Assembly: GCA_049515535.1 (NCBI GenBank)
Contig: JBEKTZ010000001.1
Coordinates: forward strand, 206,599 to 270,598
Length of the DNA: 64,000 nucleotides
DNA from: Candidatus Aminicenantales bacterium
GTDB taxonomy: Bacteria > Acidobacteriota > Aminicenantia > Aminicenantales > UBA4085
Reading direction: 5' to 3'
Part shown: one piece after another, positions 57,736 through 64,000 of the stretch
Layout of the letters: each line of letters begins with the position of its first letter
How positions within the stretch are numbered: position 1 is the first letter of the stretch
Notes under the pieces: model-generated
Database searches by the model: none
What the model was told of the DNA's origin: nothing
Seen by the model: the letters and a program-made list of their open reading frames with translations, nothing else
Position numbers and translations under genes: made by a program

Positions 57736-58096
57736 AGGTGAACTGATCGGCCTTCTCGCGCCTTGCCAGCGCGATATAGGCGGCATCGTAGGCCGTCAAA
57801 CCCATTTGAGCCGCAATCCTCAGAATCTCGGGCCCATCCGCCTCCATGCCGATGACCTCGAGCCCCAGGGCCTGGAATCCCCGATAAGCCTGCAGGGCCG
57901 TCGCGATCTCCAAACGGTTTCTCCGGGAAGCGATCAACAAGCCGTTGAGGACCTCGAACCCCAGGAGCGAAGGGACGACTATCCTAATCTCTCCCCGGAC
58001 ATAAGATTCCAGCAAGGCCAGGGCCTTGTCGCCGCGCTCCTCGTCCGGAAGGAACCAGCGCAGGACGACGGAAGCGTCGGCAACCACCGTCTTCAC
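57734..58096 (-). CDS. vapC: VapC/PIN toxin, apparently C-terminally truncated
   Basis: VVADASV, FEVLN, LTAYDAAYIALA; ends ...ADQFT* at the hairpin repeat, without the usual T-x-D-x-x-L motif. Confidence 0.8.
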   Translation of the reverse strand: MKTVVADASVVLRWFLPDEERGDKALALLESYVRGEIRIVVPSLLGFEVLNGLLIASRRNRLEIATALQAYRGFQALGLEVIGMEADGPEILRIAAQMGLTAYDAAYIALARREKADQFT

Positions 58097-58377
58097 GGCC
58101 GTCTCCGCAATTGGTCGCGGGCTTCCTCGATCACCGAGTCCGCGTCGACGGCAGCCAGGCGGTAAGCGGCCCGGGCCTCCATGATCTGCCGGAGCCCGTC
58201 GGCCTTCCTCGATCCCTGGTAGGCCGCAAAGGGCACGAGGACGGCGACCGGTTTTCCGCGCCGGGTCAGGATGATGTCGCGATTGGCCGATTCGGCCGCG
58301 CGCAGGATCCGGCTGAGGTTTTTCTTCCCTTCGGCGATACTGACGGAAAGTTCGGAACCGGAGTCGTTCATGATCAC
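58093..58377 (-). CDS. Phd/YefM-family antitoxin
   Basis: VSIAEGKKNLSRILR...IILTRRGKPVAVLVP; 4-nt overlap with the PIN gene. Confidence 0.88.
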   Translation of the reverse strand: MIMNDSGSELSVSIAEGKKNLSRILRAAESANRDIILTRRGKPVAVLVPFAAYQGSRKADGLRQIMEARAAYRLAAVDADSVIEEARDQLRRRP

Positions 58378-58401
58378 ACCATAAGACTATTTTATATAAC
58401 C

Positions 58402-58429
58402 ATTATAGAAGGTCATGCAAACAAGTCAA
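58402..58429 (-). promoter_or_regulatory. sigma70 promoter of the Phd-PIN operon
   Basis: TTGACT-16 bp-TATAAT on the minus strand. Confidence 0.65.
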
Positions 58430-58445
58430 GAAAAAAATTTGGCAC

Positions 58446-58474
58446 TTGACAATTGTACGATTCAATCGTAAATT
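58446..58474 (+). promoter_or_regulatory. sigma70 promoter with palindromic operator; probably leaderless transcript
   Basis: TTGACA-17 bp-TAAATT; TACGATT-c-AATCGTA (58456-58470) in the spacer; ATG 6 nt after the -10, no SD. Confidence 0.65.
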
Positions 58475-58480
58475 AGCCAC

Positions 58481-59725
58481 ATGATACCTCGCCTACTCTC
58501 TGCCTATGCAATTCGCGATGCCGGTTACTATCCGCTCGTCATCGTCACGGGGCCCCGTCAATCGGGAAAAACAACTCTTGCGAAGGCCGCCTTCCCGAAT
58601 CATGAGTATCTCTCGTTCGAAGACACGGAAACACGATCGTTCGCCAGGGACGATCCCAAGGGCTTTCTGACCAGGCATTCCGGTCCTGTGATTTTCGACG
58701 AGGCCCAGCGCGTCCCCGACCTTTTCTCCGCGCTGCAGACGGCCGTGGACAAGGACGCATCCCCGGGCCGGTTTGTTCTGACGGGATCTCAAAATATTCT
58801 TCTGTTAAAGGATGTCTCCCAATCGCTCGCGGGGCGCAGCGGGATCCTTCATCTCCTCCCATTTTCGCGAGCCGAACTCGACCGGCGGCCGCAATCTGAA
58901 CCCGGGGACCCTCTCCGCTTGTTCACGAACCGAATATCCGGACCGGACTTGCCCGACTTGTGGGAGGCGATCCGGACGGGCTTCTATCCGCGCATCCATG
59001 ACCGCGGCATCCCTCCCGAAGTCTGGCTGGCCGATTACGTCCTAACCTACATCGAGCGTGACGTCCGGAGCTTGGTGAACATCGGCGACCTCGATGCCTT
59101 CGAGCGCTTTCTGGGGCTTGTCGCCGGACGCGTCGGACAGATTCTCAATTATTCCTCGCTCGCGTCCGACGCCGGAGTTTCGGTCGACACCGCCCGCCGC
59201 TGGATTTCGGTGTTGAAGACGAGCTTTATTGTTTTTTCACTCGCTCCCCATCATCGGAATTTCAACAAACGCCTCATCAAGAGCTCGAAGCTCTACTTTT
59301 ACGACACGGGCCTGGCCTGCTATTTGCTCGGCCTTCGTTCTCGCGTCCAACTGGAAACGCATCCTCTCCGCGGGGCTCTCTTCGAGAATTTCGTCATCGC
59401 GGAGGTTGCCAAGGCCTATTTCCACCATCGGCGACAGCCGCCTCTTTTTTTCTGGAGGGATAGGATCGGCCACGAAGTCGATCTGCTGATCGAGGAGGGC
59501 GGGGCCCTCTATCCCATGGAAATGAAATCGGGGGCGACGGTCGGCGGCGACATGCTGGACGCGTTGCTGTGGTGGCGCCGCCTGTCGGGGAGATCCGAGG
59601 GGAAGGGAAAGGGAGGGGAAGAGAAAGGGCGAGAGAGCACCGGAGTACGGCCCATTTTGGTTTACGGCGGCGACGACGCTTACGAGCGCCGCGGAGTCGC
59701 CGTCCGCCCCTGGTTTTCGATCTAA
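58481..59725 (+). CDS. AAA_14 ATPase with DUF4143 / PD-(D/E)xK-like C-terminus
   Basis: GPRQSGKTT, IFDEAQ, LTGS, SLAGR, TYIERDV, KLYFYDTG, FENFV, EVDLL...PMEMKS. Confidence 0.9.
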   Translation: MIPRLLSAYAIRDAGYYPLVIVTGPRQSGKTTLAKAAFPNHEYLSFEDTETRSFARDDPKGFLTRHSGPVIFDEAQRVPDLFSALQTAVDKDASPGRFVLTGSQNILLLKDVSQSLAGRSGILHLLPFSRAELDRRPQSEPGDPLRLFTNRISGPDLPDLWEAIRTGFYPRIHDRGIPPEVWLADYVLTYIERDVRSLVNIGDLDAFERFLGLVAGRVGQILNYSSLASDAGVSVDTARRWISVLKTSFIVFSLAPHHRNFNKRLIKSSKLYFYDTGLACYLLGLRSRVQLETHPLRGALFENFVIAEVAKAYFHHRRQPPLFFWRDRIGHEVDLLIEEGGALYPMEMKSGATVGGDMLDALLWWRRLSGRSEGKGKGGEEKGRESTGVRPILVYGGDDAYERRGVAVRPWFSI

Positions 59726-59791
59726 TAAATACAGAGATCTAATAAATACGGGGATACATTCACTCGATTCACGATTCACGATTCACGATCA
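59719..59791. repeat. Short direct repeats between convergent ATPase genes
   Basis: GATCTAATAAATAC twice (59719, 59736); (CGATTCA)x3.7 at 59765-59791 overlapping the stop of 59776-61218. Confidence 0.75.
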
Positions 59792-61218
59792 GCGCGGTTT
59801 GTTTTCTCCGCCAAAGCCCCGATAACATGGTCCGCGTTTACCAGGCAGCAATCAGGCGGCAGCGATACTCCCCTGGCATGCCGGGGAACGAACGCCGCGT
59901 AAAGAACCCGCTCATGGGGCAAGCCGGCGATTCCCGGCCATTTTTTTTTCTTCAAACCCGAAAAAATTTCCAGTACTTCGGGCCCCGTCAGAATCCGTTC
60001 CGACCATTTCACCTCACCAAGCAACAGACATTTGCCGTCCAGAGAAACCGAAATGACATCCCATGCAGGATCATTCCCCCGCCAATAGCGCGCGGCCGGC
60101 AGCCAGGGCCCCAGCTTGGCGACGCCGCCGGCCAATAAACGGGGAACACTGGAGCGACAAATCTCTTCCCAGGCAGAAGCAAACAACCAGGTTCGTTTCC
60201 GCTCCCAGATGTTTTTACGTATTTTCAGCGTCGCGTCCGCCAGCGAGGATCGATAAGAAGCCACCATGCCGAACCAACTTCTGACAAACGGGTCTTCCAG
60301 TTTGTATAATGCCCGCTTACTGGATTTTTCAGACTCGCCAAAGGGGATTTCGCGCCGGATCATGCCCATGTCAAGCAATCTGCTCAGCGGACGTGACAGC
60401 GATGTGACCGGTCGTCCCAAGCGTCCGGCCATTTCGGAAGGCCGGTGCGCTCCCATGGCGATGCAATCCAACATGGAGCGAAGCGCTGGAGCCGGCGGGA
60501 ATTCTTCCAGCAACAAAGTATCCAGCTCGTTGTGCAATGGCCCCAGGGGATTTAAAAGCAAATTGTCCACGGCGGCGAACAGGTCGGCGCCGAATGGCTG
60601 GGCCAACTCCCAATAACGCGGCATTCCGCCCCAGACGGCTTGAGCCATGATCGCCTGATAATTCTCCTTGAGGCCGAATACTTGGGGCAAATACCCGGCC
60701 GCAATCGGCTTCACCCGGATGGCGACAGCGGCGCGGCCGAACAATGGCGCCGTTTGGTCCAGCACAATGCCATGCATCATGCGCTGGCTGGACCCGGCCA
60801 GGGCCACGCACAGTCCGGCAGCCTTGGCTTCGTGATCGATCCAGCGCTGCAGAACACTGGCAATCTCCGGCGCGGCCACGGCCAGATAGGGCAATTCATC
60901 GATGATGACAGGACCAGGCCAGCCGCTTTGCTGCGCTTCACGCGCCAACCGCGTGAACAGGCTTCGCCAGTCTGGGTAGTCCACTTCATCGAACCCGGAA
61001 AATTTTTCCGCGATGCGATCCGCCATGTACTTGCGCTGAATGGCGGGGGCGGATTCGTCACCGACAAGATATAGTCCGTTTTCTTTTTTCGACCATTCCA
61101 GCAATAACCGCGTTTTTCCCACCCGCCGGCGCCCCCACACAACAGCCAATCCACCGGATTTCGCCCCTGACAAGCGCAATAGCTGCTGCAGCTCGGTTTG
61201 ACGATCAATAAATTTCAT
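59776..61218 (-). CDS. Archaeal-type ATPase with wHTH and DUF234-like restriction-fold C-terminus
   Basis: FIDRQTEL, WGRRRVGKT, IIDELPYL, LAGSS, GGMPRY, YKLEDPF, WDVI...GEVKW. Confidence 0.88.
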   Translation of the reverse strand: MKFIDRQTELQQLLRLSGAKSGGLAVVWGRRRVGKTRLLLEWSKKENGLYLVGDESAPAIQRKYMADRIAEKFSGFDEVDYPDWRSLFTRLAREAQQSGWPGPVIIDELPYLAVAAPEIASVLQRWIDHEAKAAGLCVALAGSSQRMMHGIVLDQTAPLFGRAAVAIRVKPIAAGYLPQVFGLKENYQAIMAQAVWGGMPRYWELAQPFGADLFAAVDNLLLNPLGPLHNELDTLLLEEFPPAPALRSMLDCIAMGAHRPSEMAGRLGRPVTSLSRPLSRLLDMGMIRREIPFGESEKSSKRALYKLEDPFVRSWFGMVASYRSSLADATLKIRKNIWERKRTWLFASAWEEICRSSVPRLLAGGVAKLGPWLPAARYWRGNDPAWDVISVSLDGKCLLLGEVKWSERILTGPEVLEIFSGLKKKKWPGIAGLPHERVLYAAFVPRHARGVSLPPDCCLVNADHVIGALAEKTNRADRES

Positions 61219-61226
61219 GATGATTG

Positions 61227-61255
61227 ATTATACAGTAAAACATAATGTTTTGAAA
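61227..61255 (-). promoter_or_regulatory. Promoter with palindromic operator; near-leaderless transcript
   Basis: Minus strand TTTCAA-17 bp-TATAAT; AAAACAT-a-ATGTTTT (61237-61251) in the spacer; ATG 8 nt after the -10. Confidence 0.55.
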
Positions 61256-61277
61256 CATAGTTCGCGAGTTCGTGGGG

Positions 61278-61334
61278 AAAATTCGGCGACACGTACCTAA
61301 TTCCAGAGAATTAGCGAACATGTCCCCGAATTTT
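61278..61334. repeat. REP-like ~55-bp hairpin
   Basis: AAAATTCGGCGACACGTACCTAATTCCAGAGAATTAGCGAACATGTCCCCGAATTTT. Confidence 0.88.
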
Positions 61335-61387
61335 AGGGGGGAAGATGGCCGCTTTAATCTTAATTTCTAGATATATTTCTCTATTTC

Positions 61388-61416
61388 TTGACATTAAGGC
61401 CATTTGGCGCTATATT
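61388..61416 (+). promoter_or_regulatory. sigma70 promoter of the second TA operon
   Basis: TTGACA-17 bp-TATATT, then GGGAG SD. Confidence 0.65.
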
Positions 61417-61433
61417 GAGATGAGGGAGATGTC

Positions 61434-61673
61434 ATGAAAAAAAAGATCGGGACCGTGATGGAAGATCGGCTTCTCTACGGGGCGAAAAAGGCGGCCTTGG
61501 AGGAAGACGCGCCCCTTAGCCAGATCTTCGGGGAGGCCGTCGAGGCCTATCTTGAACGTCGGACGCGCGTCAAAGACCGCCGAGACATCGTCGGGGCGAC
61601 GCGCGGCCTGTTCAAGCTCGCTCCGGGAGAGATGCGGGAGGTCATGAATGAGCCCGGCCTTTGGGACTCTTAA
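61434..61673 (+). CDS. Putative ribbon-helix-helix antitoxin
   Basis: 79 aa; KKKIGTVMED...AKKAA...LSQIFGEAVEAYL; overlaps the downstream PIN gene. Confidence 0.72.
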   Translation: MKKKIGTVMEDRLLYGAKKAALEEDAPLSQIFGEAVEAYLERRTRVKDRRDIVGATRGLFKLAPGEMREVMNEPGLWDS

Positions 61674-62229
61674 GGAGATCGAGGCCGGCGCGGCCGTGTT
61701 CATCGACGCCAATATTTTTCTCTATCATTACGCCGGCATATCGGAAGATTGCACGGAATTTTTAGGCCGGTGCGCGTCCGGCGAACTGAAGGGAACGACC
61801 GCCGCCCATCTTGTCGCCGAAGTCCTTCATCGGGCGATGATCATGGAAGCGATGGCAAAAAACCTCGCTCCGAAATCGAACGCCAAGGGACGAGCCTTCG
61901 CGGCGGAAGTTGACCCCCGGGCAAAGCCCGGGGCCCCGTCCGCCGTCGTGGCGAAGCTCAAGGCGGATCCCGGGATCGTCCGTCGGCTCTCCGATCACGC
62001 CGCTGCGGGGGCCGCGATCATGGACATGGGAGTCGACGTCATTCCGCTGACGGCGGAGATCCTCCGGGCGAGCGGCTGGGTTCGCTCCCAGAGCGGCCTT
62101 CTCGTGAACGATTCGCTGACGGTGGCGACGATGCGCGCCTGCGGGACCACGGCGCTGGCAACGAATGACGAAGATTTCGCCCGGATCGACGGAATCCGGC
62201 TTTATCGTCCCACGGGCGGCGGCAAATAA
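61648..62229 (+). CDS. vapC: VapC/PIN toxin
   Basis: VFIDANIF, AEVLHR, GLLVNDS, LATNDEDF: all four acidic positions present. Confidence 0.87.
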   Translation: MSPAFGTLKEIEAGAAVFIDANIFLYHYAGISEDCTEFLGRCASGELKGTTAAHLVAEVLHRAMIMEAMAKNLAPKSNAKGRAFAAEVDPRAKPGAPSAVVAKLKADPGIVRRLSDHAAAGAAIMDMGVDVIPLTAEILRASGWVRSQSGLLVNDSLTVATMRACGTTALATNDEDFARIDGIRLYRPTGGGK

Positions 62230-62237
62230 GATATTCG

Positions 62238-62891
62238 CTACAGCTTGGAGATGCCTTCCTTGATCGTATACCGGATGAGGTCGGCCTGCTTATGGATATT
62301 AAGCTTCTGCATCAGGTTCCGGCGGTGGACATGGACGGTGTTCAGGTAGAGATTGAGTTTTTGGGCGATTTCCTTGTTCGTGCAGCCTTCGCCGATGAGT
62401 TGAACGATTTCCCGCTCCCTTTTTGTCAGGCCGTTCCCCGCGCTCTTATCCTTGCGGGCGCCGACTTTACCCAAGAAGCCGTCCACAATATAGCTTGAGA
62501 TACCGGGACTTAAAAAGAACCGGCCCCTGAAAACCTCCTGAATGGCCTGGATCACCTCTTCGGTTGCGTTTTCCTTCAGGATATAGCCTTTGACCCCGCA
62601 GCGGAGAGCCCGATGGACGAAAATCCGGGAGTCGTGGATGCTGAGGATGATGATCTTGGTTTTCGGGTCCTTGCTGAGGAGCCGTTCAGCCGTCTCGATG
62701 CCGTTGAGATGGGGCATTTCGACGTCCAGGAGATAGACGTCGACCGGGCTTTTCTCGGCGATCTTGAGGACATCTTTGCCGTTGATCGCCTCGTCGACGA
62801 TCACGATGTCTTCCTTGCTTTTCTCGATGACCGCCCTGAGGCCGGCCCTGACGATGGGGTGATCATCCGCTAATACGACCCTGATGCTCAT
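62238..62891 (-). CDS. NarL/LuxR-family response regulator (copy 2)
   Basis: Same 217-aa length as copy 1, with 19 substitutions by manual comparison. Confidence 0.95.
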   Translation of the reverse strand: MSIRVVLADDHPIVRAGLRAVIEKSKEDIVIVDEAINGKDVLKIAEKSPVDVYLLDVEMPHLNGIETAERLLSKDPKTKIIILSIHDSRIFVHRALRCGVKGYILKENATEEVIQAIQEVFRGRFFLSPGISSYIVDGFLGKVGARKDKSAGNGLTKREREIVQLIGEGCTNKEIAQKLNLYLNTVHVHRRNLMQKLNIHKQADLIRYTIKEGISKL

Positions 62892-62924
62892 ATGGAAATT
62901 TAATATTTAAAACAAAGCATTAAT

Positions 62925-62964
62925 GCTGTAAATACCAAGAAGTGAGTAGTTCCCGATGTATTTA
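62925..62964. promoter_or_regulatory. Second copy of the motif upstream of the response regulators
   Basis: GCTGTAAATACCAAGAAGTGAGTAG, with TAAATAC...GTATTTA inverted pair. Confidence 0.55.
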
Positions 62965-62967
62965 AAA

Positions 62968-64000
62968 TTACTTATCCGGGCTGGTGACGCCGCTCTCGAC
63001 CGGGATGGCGACGGAGACGGTCGTTCCTTTTCCCGGCGAGCTATGGATGGCGAACCTGCCGCCGACACAATCGGCCATCTCGTTCATGCTCCGGATGCCC
63101 AGGCCTATTTTCTTTGCTTTCAGCTTTTTATCCGGATGAAAACCTCGGCCGTCGTCAGTTATCTTCAGCCTGATAAAGCCGCCCCCAAAGGCCAGGCTCA
63201 ATGTGACTTTCTTCGCCTCCGCATGATGAATGATATTGTTCAGGGCTTCCTGAGCGATCCGGTAGATGATGGTGGACGCGTGATTTTGGATTTCATGCCC
63301 GTTCAGGCCGAACCGGAAAACGATGTTGAGGCCTGTTTTTTCAGCCGTTTCGGAATAATAATTTTTCAGGACCTCGGGAAGACTCAGCCTGTCGAGATCG
63401 GGCGGCCGCAAGTCCACGGCGCATTTTTTCAGCGCTGCGATATGCTGACTGACCAGAGACAGGCTTTCGTCGAGCCCCTGAAGCGCTGGGCTCGTCTGGC
63501 CGGCTTGAATCTCCTTCTGGACGGTATTGAGACGGCATTTCAGCAGCCCGGCCAGGGCTCCGGCCTCATTATGAAGGACGGAAGATAGGTTTTTGCGTTC
63601 TTCCTCGCGGACGCAGATCAGCCGGCGAGAAAAAGATTTCAGCTCTTTCTGGGAGGATCTGAGCTTCGCTCTTTGCTTCCGCAAATTCTCGGTGCTGATT
63701 TTGCGGGCCGTCACATCGCCGGCCATGGCCAAAATCAGGGTTTGTCCGTCGATCGTAATCGGAAAAACGCTAGACTCCAGGGTTCTCCGGCTTCCGTCCC
63801 GCAACTTCAGGTCGAATTCGTGATGACCGACGGATTTTCCGGAGCCGGCGCGGGCAAAACGATGGCGGACCTTGCGGACTTGTTCTCGGGTAAGGATCTC
63901 CAATTCAAAAGTGTTTCTGCCGATAATTTCCTCCCGGGTATAGCCGGTGAGCTCCACGGCAGCCTTATTGGCCTCGATGATTGTCCCCCGCATATCAAAA
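62968..64000 (-). CDS. PAS-domain sensor histidine kinase (NarX/UhpB HisKA_3 type), 5' part outside the window
   Basis: PAS (ANKAAVELTGYTREEIIG), REEERKNLSSVLHNE, LRPPDLD, QEALNN, TDDGRGF, GLGI, SSPGKGT; frame open to the window edge. Confidence 0.92.
   Translation of the reverse strand, partial: FDMRGTIIEANKAAVELTGYTREEIIGRNTFELEILTREQVRKVRHRFARAGSGKSVGHHEFDLKLRDGSRRTLESSVFPITIDGQTLILAMAGDVTARKISTENLRKQRAKLRSSQKELKSFSRRLICVREEERKNLSSVLHNEAGALAGLLKCRLNTVQKEIQAGQTSPALQGLDESLSLVSQHIAALKKCAVDLRPPDLDRLSLPEVLKNYYSETAEKTGLNIVFRFGLNGHEIQNHASTIIYRIAQEALNNIIHHAEAKKVTLSLAFGGGFIRLKITDDGRGFHPDKKLKAKKIGLGIRSMNEMADCVGGRFAIHSSPGKGTTVSVAIPVESGVTSPDK

Noticed and set aside
56624..61334. The three hairpin copies as CRISPR repeats or integron attC sites
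   Set aside because: Spacing is 1-3.6 kb with genes in both orientations, the ends lack the RYYYAAC/GTTRRRY attC cores, and no integrase is present.

Overview
Bacterial window. Gene style suggests an Acidobacteriota/Aminicenantes-like or deltaproteobacterial-like anaerobe, but this is inference only. About 56.5 kb (1-56528) is one co-oriented minus-strand surface-glycan locus. It encodes Wzm/Wzt, Wza/Wzc, a CpsB-type phosphatase, an outer-membrane barrel, a priming sugar transferase, about 9 glycosyltransferases, 6 SAM methyltransferases, formyl-, acetyl- and aminotransferases, many nucleotide-sugar enzymes, two intact O-antigen ligase/polymerase-type genes plus one broken copy, and two low-GC secreted carbohydrate-active proteins (one missed by the ORF track). 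Inside it is a block (transaldolase, SIS isomerase, PPi-type PFK, Gfo/Idh oxidoreductase, SDR, Cys-less NDP-sugar dehydrogenase, GHMP kinase, nucleotidyltransferase, epimerase) that mirrors the lincosamide GDP-octose pathway family for family. A four-helix-bundle (IVS-protein-like) gene sits in this block between two inverted arrays of about 24 phased 7-bp repeats. The right end holds two ~91% identical NarL-type regulators bracketing a ~4.9 kb island of two PIN toxin-antitoxin pairs and two convergent ATPases, then a 5'-truncated PAS histidine kinase. A ~55-bp REP-like hairpin recurs four times. No rRNA, tRNA or CRISPR array was seen. All family calls are from motif recognition, not database searches.
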